Source: Eledone cirrhosa (lineage: Eukaryota). From it: DNA of 64,000 nucleotides. Shown here piece by piece: positions 13,794-26,468 of the stretch. Every line of letters begins with the position of its first letter. Position 1 is the stretch's first letter. Under the pieces are notes generated by a model. It was not told the DNA's origin, did not search any database, and saw nothing but the letters and a program-made list of their open reading frames with translations. A program made the translations under genes and the position numbers. The stretch covers positions 1,240,001-1,304,000 of the forward strand of contig OZ024747.1 in the NCBI GenBank assembly GCA_964016885.1, given 5' to 3'.

Positions 13794-13878
13794 CAGTAAT
13801 GTTGTGGGCACCAGGCTTGCAGACAAACTGGTGTTTGGCATTCTCCATGAGACCATCTGTTCCACCAATCAGCTCAGT
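13794..13878 (-). CDS. EXOC4: EXOC4 coding exon 15
   Basis: tag|..|gttag; TELIGGTDGLMENAKHQFVCKPGAHNIT matches the Sec8 FVCKPGARNIT motif; phase 0/1. Confidence 0.92.
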
Positions 13879-14005
13879 CTAGAAATAGAAGCACATGTTA
13901 ATTGACCAGGACATCAGCTTATACAGGGAACTTAATGACGTAAACTGACCACAGCACTATAAGAGACTGACCAGAGGAGGAGGAATAAGCTGCAGTGATA
14001 CTCAC

Positions 14006-14077
14006 AGGTCTGTGGTCTTCAATGTAACTATTGGTACTCAGAGCATGGATAGAAGCATCGAAACGGAACAATGGCAA
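14006..14077 (-). CDS. EXOC4: EXOC4 coding exon 14
   Basis: cag|..|gtgag; LPLFRFDASIHALSTNSYIEDHRP vs Sec8 LFKFESSSHAISMSAY; phase 0/0. Confidence 0.9.
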
Positions 14078-14244
14078 CTGTAATAGAATAGATAAAGATT
14101 TACAGCCATGTATGTAGACATTCACATATACACAGACTAACAGCACCCACTACATACACCAACACCACCTCTCTATAAAATACCACTACCACACATGCTC
14201 CACCACTACCACACACACACACATGCTCCACCACTACCACACGA

Positions 14245-15046
14245 GGGAACAGGCCTGTACACTGACTGGATGTTGGGGGAACAGGCCTGTACACTGACTG
14301 GATGTTGGGGGAACAGGCCTGTACTCTGATGGGATGTTGGGGGAACGGGCCTGTACTCTGATGGGATGTTGGGGGAACAGGCCTGTACTCTGATGGGATG
14401 TTGGGGGAACAGGCCTGTACTCTGATTGGATGTTGGGGGAACAGGCCTGTACTCTGACGGGATGTTGGGGGAACAGGCCTGTACTCTGACGGGATGTTGG
14501 GGGAACAGGCCTGTACTCTGATGGGATGTTGGGGGAACAGGCCTGTACTCTGATGGGATGTTGGGGGAACAGGCCTGTACTCTGATGGGATGTTGGGGGA
14601 ACAGGCCTGTACTTTGACTGGATGTTGGGGGAACAGGCCTGTACTCTGACGGGATGTTGGGGGAACAGGCCTGTACTCTGACGGGATGTTGGGGGAACAG
14701 GCCTGTACTCTGATGGGATGTTGGGGGAACAGGCCTGTACTCTGATGGGATGTTGGGGGAACAGGCCTGTACTCTGATTGGATGTTGGGGGAACAGGCCT
14801 GTACTCTGATGGGATGTTGGGGGAACAGGCCTGTACTTTGACTGGATGTTGGGGGAACAGGCCTGTACTCTGACGGGATGTTGGAGGAACAGCCCTGTAC
14901 TCTGATTGGATGTTGGGGGAACAGGCCTGTACTCTGACTGGATGTTGGGGGAACAGGCCTGTACTCTGACGGGATGTTGGAGGAATAGGCCTGTACTCTG
15001 ATGGGATGTTGGAGGAACAGGCCTGTACTCTGATGGGATGTTGGGG
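14245..15046. repeat. 32-bp minisatellite, ~25 copies
   Basis: Unit GGGGGAACAGGCCTGTACTCTGATGGGATGTT. Confidence 0.95.
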
Positions 15047-15314
15047 CAAATCCTTCTGCTGATGAAGAGATTTTATCGCGAAATTTTAAAGAATTCCAAG
15101 GTTATCATTATTGTTTTAATACTGTCCCATTTGTATTACTGTAGCCTTCTAATAAAACACTGTTGTGTACAGTTTACACAATACTTCAAACAAACTACAG
15201 CAGCCTCTCATGTGGCTGTAGGTTTTAAAGAGATGAAGCAAGTCAAAGATAAAATTATTCTCTTAAATAAGAAACTCTCTCACACAAACAACAATAGACA
15301 GAACTGTAGCTTAC

Positions 15315-15452
15315 CTTTTTTGGTTTGGTAGGTTTCTTCTTGGAGAAATACATACCAATATCGGTATTTGGTTCATCAAAGTTGCTAGGAGCATTCTGCC
15401 GTGACGATGCACTGTTCTGGATGTCAAGATAGTCACTTAGCAACAGCTGTAA
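15315..15452 (-). CDS. EXOC4: EXOC4 coding exon 13
   Basis: cag|..|gtaag; LQLLLSDYLDIQN...YFSKKKPTKPKK; phase 0/0; a second in-frame AG lies 6 nt downstream. Confidence 0.92.
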
Positions 15453-15480
15453 CTGTGAAACAAGAAGACATTTGTGATTT

Positions 15481-15790
15481 TTTAAGTAGTAGTCATAGCA
15501 ATGTGTTTATGTAGTAGTCATAGCTACATGTTTAAGTAGTAGTCATAGCTACATGTTTAAGATGTAGTCGTAGCTACATGTTTAAGATGTAGTCATAGCT
15601 ACATGTTTAAGAAGTAGTCATAGCTACATGTTTAAGAAGTAGTCATAGCTACATGTTTAAGAAGTAGTCATAGCTACATGTTTAAGAAGTAGTCATAGCT
15701 ACATGTTTAAGAAGTAGTCATAGCTACATGTTTAAGAAGTAGTCATAGCTATGTGTTTAAGAAGTAGTCATAGCTACATGTTTAAGAAGT
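15481..15790. repeat. 25-bp minisatellite, ~12 copies
   Basis: Unit TTTAAGAAGTAGTCATAGCTACATG. Confidence 0.93.
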
Positions 15791-15834
15791 TTGCCATACA
15801 ATCATATGGTCCTGGGTTCGATCCCACTACATAA

Positions 15835-16853
15835 ATCATCATCATCACCGTTTTACATCCGTTCTTCCATGCTAGCATGGGTTAGACGGGTTGTCTGGTT
15901 GTGGGCAGTGTCTGGTCAGCTGACCATGCCTTGCTCATACAGGAACTGATTTTGGCTCGATTTCTACAGCTGGATGCCCTTCTTAACACCAACCTCATTT
16001 ACAGTGAGTGCTGGGTGCTTTTTTCCGTGGCACCTCCACGACCACCTTGCAGTGGGAGTGTGTGGGTGCATATTGTCTATATGCTTCAGCTTGTACCCAT
16101 GGGAGGTCGGGTACTCTGTATTACTGCGTGACGCTAGAGGTCACGGTCATGTGTCATCGCTTTTGAGAGGTGTAATTGGGTAAGGTCGGCTTTTATCACC
16201 TCATCCCAGGTCTTCTTGGGTCTCCCCACTCCGCGGTTTCCATTGACTTCTAGTGCTCTGCACCTTTTTATGCAGCTGTCATCCTTCATATGCATCACAT
16301 GTCCATACCAACGCAACAGCCTCTCCTGCACACAGCATTTGATTCCTCTTATGCTCAGTCTCTCCCTCAATTCATTTATGCTTTGTCGTTCGCGTATATT
16401 ACTATTACACATCCATTGGAGCATGCAGGCTTCGTTTCTTTCTAATCTACGTAAGTCTTCCACCTTCAGCGCCCAGGTCTCACTACCATGTAACATTGCT
16501 GTTCGGATACACGCATCATACAGTCTGCCTTTCATTTTGAGGGAGAAGCCTTTTGCAGCTAGCAGTGGCAGTAGCTCCCTGAACTTCTTCCATCCCGTTC
16601 TTACCCTAGTTATTGTACTTTCTGAACACCCACCTCTGCTGCTAATTCGGTCACCTAGGTAGCAGAAGCTGTCTACTGTTTCTACAGAGCGCTCCCAGAG
16701 ATTGGTGGTACTTGTTTCCTGTGGCTGTTTGCTGCTTGCTGTCCCAGCACAGCTGCTACATGTGAAGCCTACATTCATAATTAAGCTTCCTGAGATCTCG
16801 CTACATCTCTTGTGTACCCATTGTTTGCATTTGGAGAATGGAGTTCCTACCTA
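15835..16853 (-). mobile_element. 3' fragment of RTE LINE family B
   Basis: ORF 16134-16778 (FCYLG, HGSETW, RWYGHV); GAT tail; near-identical to 40095-41291. Confidence 0.92.
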
Positions 16854-17318
16854 CAAATACTAAAACTAGAATGTAGTAACACAAATGTGTCAAAATAACA
16901 GTTTACACTTTTACCTGATATTCCTCATTTGATGAAGAGACATAAAACACAGAAATGCAGTGTAAGGAGAGTCTCTTATATTTTTCTCTACAAAGACAAA
17001 TCTTTGAAAGTGTTTACACTTCATCTTTTTCACAATAAAGGCATCTAATTAGAAAAAAAGCAGTAGTTATATCTACAATCTAAAGTCCGTATCAAGTCCG
17101 AAAGCTCTTCAGGCCAATACATATTCTGAATAGCCACTGTACTCACTATATAACTATTGTGTACTCTGAATATTAGAATGTTGTGAAACTGCAACCTTAT
17201 TGTCTCATTGAGTGAGAGGGTCATGGCTGGAGAGCACTGAAATAACATCAGTGACTTTCATAAACCGTGTGTGTGTGTGTGTACATATATATATACATAT
17301 ATACATACATACATATAT

Positions 17319-17353
<35 letters not shown>

Positions 17354-17354
<1 letters not shown>

Positions 17355-20300
17355 CATCATCATCATCGTTTAATGTCTATCTTCCACGCTTGCATGGGTT
17401 TGGACGGGAGTTTTCCCACTTGAGGTAAAATTTGTTGTCCTGCTCGTATAGGACTGTCTGGCGGGTTTTGTACGGCTGGATGCCCTTCCTAACACCAACC
17501 ACGTTTACAGTGTGGACTGGGAGGTTTTTACCGTGTTACCTACACGGCCACATTACAGCGTGGACTGTGTTTTTTTTGTCGTGACACCTACACGACCTCA
17601 TTTGTTTCGGACTGGATGTTGTGGTACCAACATAACTTCACATTTAAGGGGGTGGCATGGATGGGGTGGGGTAGCGGGACGGGGGGTGTATTTTGTTAGA
17701 GGTGCCTACTGACTGTAGGTTTCGCTTTGTACTTAGGCAAGGCGGGTCTTCTGTATAACTGTGTAGCGCCAAAGATCTCGGTCCAGTGACATTGTCTTGG
17801 AGAGGTGTAAGTGTGTGAGGTCGAAATTTATCAAGTCGTCCCAGGTTTTTCTGGGTCTGCCTACTCCGGGGCTACCGTCTATTTTTATCGCCCTGCACTT
17901 TTTTATACAGCTGTTGTCTTTCATGTGCATCACGTGACCGTACCAACGTAGTCTTCTCTCGAGTAAACAACATCTGATCCCTCTTATTCCTAATTTCTCC
18001 CTTAGTTCGTTTATGCTTTGCCGTTCTCGTATATTACTATTACACATCCAGCGGAGCATGCAAGCTTCGTTTCTCTCCAGTCTGCGTATATCCTCTGCAC
18101 ACAATGCCCAGGTCTCACTGCTATGTAACATTGCTGTTCGTATGCAGGCATCATACAGCCTGCATTTCATTTTTAGAGAGAACCCTTTAGTGGCCAATAG
18201 TGGTATAAGCTCTCTGAACTTTTTCCATCCCGTTCTGATTCTAGCTACTGTACTTTCAGAGCACCCTCCCCCCACTGCTGATTTTGTCACCCAGGTAACG
18301 GAAGGTGTCGACTATTTCTATAGAACCATCTGTGCAATGGAAGGAGCTAGTATCCTGTGGGCACTTGCTGCTACTTATTGCACCAGAGCACCGGCCACAT
18401 TTAAAATCTATATTCTTAGTTAGCTTACCTGTGATCCCACTACATCTTTTATGCACCCATACTTTGCATTTGGGACATAAAATGGAGTTTCTGCCTACTC
18501 CTTTCCTACACACTGAGCATGGCCATTTCCCAGATGGGACCGGTGCCCTATTTTCCTTCCTACATACTAGAACTTTAGTCTTAGACAAGTTAACTTTAAG
18601 GCCTTTTGATTCTAGGCCATGCTTCCATGTTTGGAATTTCTTCTATAGATCAGCCATTGAGATCAATTCATTCTCTGATTAGTTGCGCTATTACTTTTTC
18701 TGTATGACTTGGTTTACTATCCGGGTGACCATAGTGTGTTCCACCGTTCCAGATGCTTTCAGCATTTCAGCAACTATTTCCGAAGGCCCAGCCGCCTTAC
18801 CCGTCTTCATATCTTTGATTGCCTTACTTATTATACTACCTTCAACTAGCACTGCTGGTCCCTCTATTGGATCAATGTGGGGGAGACTGTCTTTCTCCCA
18901 TTTATTCTCCTCATTTAGTAGCCTTTCGTAGTGACACTTCCAAGCTACCTTCTTATCAGCGTCAGTGATGGCAAGTACACCATCATCATCATTAAGGACA
19001 CACTTCTCCCCGACAATATCACGGTTTTCCTTGACACATTGCCTAGCAATCCTGAACACCTCACGTTTTTGGTCCTCGCGTTGTAGAACATGCTTAAACT
19101 TTCTTTCCTCTGCTTCCCTTCTTGCGAAGTACACTTGTCTCCTAGCTTCCCCCCTGGCCACTTGATAGTCTTCTCTACTTCCCCCATCCCACCATACTTT
19201 CCAAGCCTGCTTTTTGGCTTTAATTGACTCCTCCACCTTACTGTTCCACCACCACATTACTCTCCTCCTGCCTATAGGCCTGTTCCAGCCACAGACTTCA
19301 TCTGCCACCTTCAGCAGGTTAGCTTTCAGGAATTCCCACTGTTCCTCTATATTGTACGACTCTAATTGCTCTTCCTTACTGTCGAAAGCATCAAGTAATA
19401 TGCTTTTAAATTTATTACTGGCCGTCGGGTCCTTTAGCTTCCATATTTTTCTCCTGAGGATAGTCCTCCTCTGTTGTCGAGTACGTCTTGTCCTGACTAT
19501 GAGGTCGCTGACTATGAGTCTATGTTGGGAGGTGCATTCTTCATGGGGGAGGGATTTAGTGTTTACAACAGACACTCTATCACGTCTTCTGGTAAGGATA
19601 TAATCTATCTGACTGGCATGTTCCCCTGATCTATAGGTGATCAAGTGATTGTCTTGTTTTTTGAAGTTAGTGTTACAGATAGTTAGGTTATTTACGTTGC
19701 AGAATTCCAGGATTCTGGAGCCTTCCTCATTTCTAGTACCAAACCCATAGCCTCCATGGATTCCGTCAAAGCCGTCACAATGTTGTCCAACGTGACCATT
19801 TAGGGTGCCAGCAATAATTATGTAGTCACTGTCGGTTATTTGGGAGGTAGGGAGCATCAATGTCTCATAGAATCTGTCTTTTATAGCGCCAGGCAGACCG
19901 GATTGGGGTGCATACGCAGATATTACTGTCACAGTAGTTCTATTTAGGACAAGTCTTATTTTAATTATTCTGTCGTTCACTCTATTTACGTCTATTATCT
20001 TATCTACTCATTTTTATGCTAACATGATTCCTACCCCACCCAGCCCATTTTCATTTCCCACCCAGAAAAGCTTATAGCATCGTTTTTAACCCACAATGAA
20101 TCTAGCAGACCCACCCCTCCACCTGGTCTCTTGGATACAGCAAACATCAACCTCCTTACGTTCAATCATTTCTACAACCTCGTTAGAGCGACCTTTTAAG
20201 GTGCCTACATTCATTGTACCAACTCTGAAGTTTTGGATTGCGTTTGGTGGGTGGGAACGGTGGGGCGCGGGGAGGGGTGAGGGGTATGGGGTTGGGGTTA

Positions 20301-20792
20301 TGTTGGCCATCCGCGGCCGAAACAAAGAGGAGGAGTCCTTGCCTTTTCGTCCGGCAGCATGAGGTGAATTTGTCTTTATCTTTGGCATTGTCACTGAGTG
20401 TCCAGCTTTTTCAGACTCTCCAGAATTTCATAGTCCATCCATCATATCGGCAAGCAACCAGAAGTGATAGCATAGGCTGCTGACTTATGATTGGTCCTAA
20501 TAATAATGGTGGAGAGTGGGGGCGGGAGGGAGGGGTATGGGGTAGTTAGCGAGAGGGTTTAAATAAAATCTTTGAATTTTGGGCATAATTGGACAAGCAT
20601 ATAACAGTAATAATAAGCGAATAATGGGGTTTTAAAATACAAGAAGATTATTTAGAACAACCAGACAGAATTATAGAAAAGCATTGAGAGAGAGCAAAAG
20701 ATTGGATTCTGGGCGATGATACGGATATATATCTAAAAGAATAGAGGTGTAAAACACGAGTTGTGATATATTGGTAAAAGGAAAAGAAAATG

Positions 20793-20795
<3 letters not shown>
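17354..20795 (-). mobile_element. Near full-length RTE LINE family A with RT core deleted
   Basis: 5' UTR, APE start (VGTMNVGTL..CCIQETRW), AYAPQ, QIDYIL; deletion junctions ~18660-18700 remove most RT motifs; nearly identical to 7466-10590. Confidence 0.93.
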
Positions 20796-20835
<40 letters not shown>

Positions 20836-20856
20836 CAATATGTAGAAAAGATAGAC

Positions 20857-21400
20857 TCTATGGCTCCGTTAATTTATCGTGATATTTCGCTCCTTATAAC
20901 AGTCTCTCCGCTCTCTCTGTTTGGTTGAGCACACTTCTCTGAGTGGTTTGGGCTGCCCTTTCTAGCAGCTCGTCCCTCAGAGTCCACTGGTTACTGCCCT
21001 AGGCACGCTGTGAATTTCTCTCTACCACGTGTGGCTGGACGGTCGCTTTAGATTCTTTTAGTGTTGTCTGAAATGTATAGTCTTACACACGCTGATGAAC
21101 CATAGGCTAATCATTTCTGTCAACAAATTAGTTGGTGAAACAGATCCTTTTGGATGTGTACGTGTGTTAGATAGTTGTCAAGGTACGTATTTGCACTTTG
21201 ATTGTGTCTACTTTGCTTTCCATGGACTATAGATTCCATACACTGGTGGTTTTTCCGTTTCACTGATGGTGCACTATCTCTCTCTCTGGTGTGTTATCTT
21301 TTCTACATATTCTATTATAAGGGGCTTGGGATTCCTTCTCCTTTGAGCACATTAATGACAGGGAATAGCGAGAGTCTATGGCTCCGTTAATTTATCGTGA
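20857..21400 (+). mobile_element. Retrozyme-like unit: 518-bp monomer with 26-nt terminal redundancy
   Basis: TCTATGGCTCCGTTAATTTATCGTGA at 20857-20882 and 21375-21400; central hammerhead; TA tracts on both sides; no credible ORF. Confidence 0.65.
21085..21167 (+). ncRNA. Type I hammerhead ribozyme
   Basis: Stem I ACACACG/CGTGTGT; CTGATGA; stem II ACCA..TGGT; GAAA; stem III CA-g-ATCC tttt GGAT-g-TG; GUA site, cleavage after 21160. Confidence 0.88.
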
Positions 21401-21583
21401 GATATATATATATATATATATAAAATCTCAAGCACAGGCATCGCCTGATCGATTTGATCAAATTATTTGTTGTATTGAGGCTGGCCATAGCCAAAAATGG
21501 TAAAAAATATTCAATGATGAGCCATGATAAGGTATGAAAAATATTCAATATATATATATATATACATACATACATACACAAAG

Positions 21584-21616
<33 letters not shown>

Positions 21617-21638
21617 ATTTTCTTTGCTGTCAACTTAC

Positions 21639-21713
21639 CACAGCTTGGATCTTTGACCAAATATCCACCATATCGTAAAGAAGTTGGTCAGAGCGGACTG
21701 GGGCACCAGATGC
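21639..21713 (-). CDS. EXOC4: EXOC4 coding exon 12
   Basis: cag|..|gtaag; ASGAPVRSDQLLYDMVDIWSKIQAV vs Sec8 LYDMADVWVKIQDV; phase 0/0. Confidence 0.93.
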
Positions 21714-21759
21714 CTGAAAATATCAGAGTTTAGATATTATAGATAATAATAATAATTTG

Positions 21760-22235
21760 GACACAAGGGGGGAATTAAACCCATCCAAGTGCAGCATTAC
21801 TCGTACCTTATGAACCCCATAATGATGAAAGGCAAAGCTAACCTCACTGGGATATGAATTCAGAATGTAAAGGGCCAAAAAAACTATATGCCACAAAGCA
21901 TATTGTCTGACGCTCTACTGATACTGCCAATCCACAGCCCTTAAAAAGTTTAGTAAGACCACCCCCATGTGTAGCTCCTAATTAGGATTGAACCCCAGAC
22001 CAACATCTCCTCCATCCCTACCACGAGGCCACTGAGATGGCTTCATTATAGATATTAAGGCACAAGGCTAACAATAGGAGAAGAGAAAGTCAATGACACT
22101 GACCCCAGTACAGTCCCTTATTTTATCAATGGTGAAAGTTGACCTTAGTAGGATTTGAACTCAGAACATCAGAGCCATAACTAAATACTACAGGGCATCT
22201 AATACAGATATCCCAACATTGCTGCCATTCACAGC
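21760..22235 (-). mobile_element. Two degraded tRNA-derived SINE copies
   Basis: GATGAAAGGCAAAG and TTTGAACTCAGAA motifs are reverse complements of the 11843 SINE. Confidence 0.65.
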
Positions 22236-22267
22236 ATCAGTGACCCAGTCAGAGATTGAACTCAGAA

Positions 22268-24117
22268 CACAGACATCTGTGTATCTAGCACTCTACCACA
22301 GACACCTAAGTATCTAGCACTCTACCACAGACACCTAAGTATCTGGCACTCTACCACAGACACCTGAGTATCTAGCACTCTACCACAGACACCAGAGTAT
22401 CTAGCACTCTACCACAGACACCTGAGTATCTAGCACTCTACCACAGACACCTAAGTATCTAGCACTCTACCACAGACACCTAAGTATCTGGCACTCTACC
22501 ACAGACACCCGAGTATCTAGCACTCTACCACAGACACCCGAGTATCTAGTACTCTACCACAGATACCCAAGTATCTAGCACTCTACCACAGACACCTGAG
22601 TATCTGGCACTCTACCACAGACACCTGAGTATCTAGCACTCTACCACAGACACCTGAGTATCTGGCACTCTACCACATACACCTAAGTATCTAGCACTCT
22701 ACCACAGACACCTGAGTATCTGGCACTCTACCACAGACACCTAAGTATCTAGCACTCTACCACAGACACCTGAGTATCTGGCACTCTACCACAGACACCC
22801 GAGTATCTAGCACTCTACCACAGACACCCGAGTATCTAGCACTCTACCACAGACACCCGAGTATCTAGCACTCTACCACAGACACCCGAGTATCTAGCAC
22901 TCTACCACAGACACCCGAGTATCTAGCACTCTACCACAGACACCTGAGTATCTAGCACTCTACCACAGACACCGGAGTATCTAGCACTCTACTACAGACA
23001 CCTGAGTATCTAGCACTCTACCACAAGCACCAGAGTATCTAGCACTCTACCACAGACACCCGAGTATCTAACACTCTACCACAGATACCCGAGTATCTAG
23101 CACTCTACCACAGACACCTAAGTATCTAGCACTCTACCACAGACACCTGAGTATCTGGCACTCTACCACAGACACCTGAGTATCTAGCACTCTACCACAG
23201 ACACCCGAGTATCTAGCACTCTACCACAGACACCCAAGTATCTAGCACTCTACCACAGACACCTGTGTATCTAGCACTCTACCACAGACACCTGAGTATC
23301 TAGCACTCTACCACAGACACCAGAGTATCTAGCACTCTACCACAGACACCAGAGTATCTAGCACTCTACCACAGACACCCGAGTATCTAGCACTCTACCA
23401 CAGACACCAGAGTATCTAGCACTCTACCACAGACACCCGAGTATCTGGCACTCTACCACAGACACCGGAGTGTCTAGCACTCTACCACAGACACCTGAGT
23501 ATCTAGCACTCTACCACAGACACCTGAGTATCTGGCACTCTACCACAGACACCTGAGTATCTGGCACTCTACCACAGACACCTGAGTATCTGGCACTCTA
23601 CCACAGACACCTGAGTATCTGGCACTCTACCACAGACACCTGAGTATCTAGCACTCTACCACAGACACCTGAGTATCTGGCACTCTACCACAGACACCTG
23701 AGTATCTGGCACTCTACCACAGACACCTGAGTATCTGGCACTCTACCACAGACACCTGAGTATCTGGCACTCTACCACAAATACCTGAGTATCTGGCACT
23801 CTACCAGACACCTGAGTATCTGGCACTCTACCAGACACCTGAGTATCTGGCACTCTACCAGACACCTGAGTATCTGGCACTCTACCACAGACACTTGTGT
23901 ATCTAGCACTCTACCACAGACACCTGAGTATCTAGCACTCTACCACAGACACCTGAGTATCTAGCACTCTACCACAGACACTTGAGTATCTAGCACTCTA
24001 CCACAGACACCTGAGTATCTGGCACTCTACCACAGACACCTGAGTATCTGGCACTCTACCACAGACACCTGAGTATCTAGCACTCTACCACAGACACCTG
24101 AGCATCTAGCACTCTAC
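22268..24117. repeat. 29-bp minisatellite, ~63 copies
   Basis: Unit CACAGACACCTGAGTATCTAGCACTCTAC. Confidence 0.96.
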
Positions 24118-24359
24118 AACTCAAAGATGAACGAGCCCTTCTTTCCCAAAATTGTCCTCATAAATTCCCTCCATCCTGTCAATGTAACCATGTCAACATG
24201 TAATTGTTCAAGAGGAATTGTCACCAATCCCAGATGTCTTGGAGGGTTTCACCAGAGACTGTTCCTACAGACCAATGCCATCAAAGAATTTATAGAAATA
24301 CAACAAAAGGTTCCATCATATTAACAACAACAATAATAGTAGTAGCAGCTTGTGTAATA

Positions 24360-24610
24360 GCAACATGTAGTGTTAGCCAGACATAACTGATACAACATCA
24401 ACAACATGTAGTGTTAACCAGACATAACTGATACAACATCAACAACATGTAGTGTTAACCAGACATAACTGATACAATATCAACATGTATTAGCCAGACA
24501 TAACTAATACATGTAGTATTAGCCAGATATAACTAATACAACATGTAGTATTAGCCAGACATAACTAATACATCAATAACAACATGTAGTATTAGCCAGA
24601 CATAACTAGT
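24360..24610. repeat. Diverged short tandem repeat (ACATGTAGTGTTAACCAGACATAACT core)
   Basis: About 7 variable-length copies. Confidence 0.8.
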
Positions 24611-25488
24611 CCAAAACACCCAATAACAACAACAACAACCAAATGAACCATGCAGTAATATTATTTCCAAAAGATCAAAGTACTGAGTAAGAGATGTGAA
24701 GAGGTTGGTCAGGTGGTGGGCGAAATGGGGTGTGGGTGGGGGTGCGATGTGGGGAGGGGGTAGTGGGAGGGGGGGATGTAGGTGTGGTGGTGTGTAGGAG
24801 TGTTAAGTAGGAGGCAATGCAGATGTGATGTACATGCCTTTCCAAACAGTAACATAACATTAAATATAAAACAACTTCCAAGTTGTTTCTTTAATCTGTG
24901 TTAGGTAGGACAGTGAATGGTGGGAAGTAGTAAGATTCATGCCTTTCCAGAGAGTCACAGAACAAGTGCAGTGCTTGACCTTTCCACAACAGTGAGGGAG
25001 TGGGGGATAGTACACACATATTAGTGTGTGTGTGGAGAGAGAGAGAGGGGGAGATAGAGAGGAGAGAGAGAGGGAGTAAAAAAAAATCAATTCAAAACAA
25101 CAACAACAATAATAATAGTAGTAGTCCATTGATAATGTAGTAGTGGTAGTAGTAGTGGTGGTAGTAGAGGAAATGAAACACTGACAAGCCAAAGTGTTTT
25201 GAAATAAAAGAGAAAATAGAATCAATCAAGGTTGTCATACCAACTTATCTTTGTCATTCATTGATTGCTGTTGAAATGGAAAGAAACATGACAATGGTTT
25301 CAAACAGTAGGAAATATAGAAATATATCTACACCATACATTTTCTGGCAACCTTGTTCCCCTCCTTTATGACATTTATAGTCCTTTCCTCTACTTTCCCA
25401 GCCAGATCTGCCCTTCTTTACCCCCCCCCCCTGTTCATTTTTTGGTTTTCATCTTTCTTATTTATGTAATTATCGATGGTTTTTAATC

Positions 25489-25936
25489 CAACTTTCTGAA
25501 TGAAACACATGTATTGTGGTGGGTGTTCTCTAGTAAGATGTCACCTATCATCCACTGGCCCTTGTTCCAAGTCAACTTTCTGAATGAAACACATGTATTG
25601 TGGTGGGTGTTCTCTAGTAAGATGTCACCTATCATCCACTGGCCCTTGTTCCAAGTCAACTTTCTGAATGAAACACATGTATTGTGGTGGGTGTTCTCTA
25701 GTAAGATGTCACCTATCATCCACTGGCCCTTGTTCCAAGTCAACTTTCTGAATGAAACACATGTATTGTGGTGGGTGTTCTCTAGTAAGATGTCACCTAT
25801 CATCCACTGGCCCTTGTTCCAAGTCAACTTTCTGAATGAAACACATGTATTGTGGTGGGTGTTCTCTAGTAAGATGTCACCTATCATCCACTGGTCCTTG
25901 TTCCAAGTCAACTTTCTGAATGAAACACATGTATTG
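25489..25936. repeat. 84-bp tandem repeat, ~5.3 near-identical copies
   Basis: Period 84 (25489, 25573, ...); only one substitution seen. Confidence 0.95.
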
Positions 25937-26157
25937 AGAAAAAACATTTATTTTACAATAATTGCAAAAAAAAAAAAAAAGTGCATATATTAAAGCAGAC
26001 AAAAGAGAAACACTTTTATCCCCAACCCAACAGACTAGTCAATTCACGTTAAGAGGCTATTACCTGGCATTAGATTTCATCTTAATACCTTCATATTATT
26101 ATAGGGGCAAGGAGAATTACTATATAATCTCTGGCAAAACAGAGATAGCAGTGACTG

Positions 26158-26468
26158 CAGGGCCGAATTTAATGGGGGGGGGGGCAAAGGAGGCAGTTGT
26201 CCTGGGGCACCTGCAGTGTGTATGTGGGGGGGGGGGGGCAGCAACAGATGTAGCAATTCATTTGTGTCCCCAGCTGGGCTTTTTAGTTTTAGGATGGTTA
26301 GAATTTTTAAATTTAATACCTGTATGGATAACTTTTCAATTTCAATTACTTGTACCAAGCTAACTTTGATATGTAAAATTGGGGGGTTTGTTGTGTATTC
26401 TAATTTTTTTGTTTATGAGGGACCCCCAAACCTGAAATTCCCCTCCCCCCGGTCTAAATCCAACCCTG
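26158..26468. mobile_element. MITE / non-autonomous DNA transposon
   Basis: Imperfect TIRs CAGGGCCGAATTTA / TAAATCCAACCCTG; no clear TSD. Confidence 0.6.

Noticed and set aside
14234-15049. 271-aa Pro/Ser/Gln repeat ORF
   Set aside because: Product of a 32-bp minisatellite cycling through three frames.
21500-21548. Hammerhead-like ATGATGA-GCC..GGT-AT-GAAA
   Set aside because: C3 is missing, spacing is wrong and there is no stem I; at best a decayed remnant.
25483-25993. 28-aa repeat ORFs on both strands
   Set aside because: Near-identical 84-bp duplication with no synonymous divergence and no convincing splice sites.
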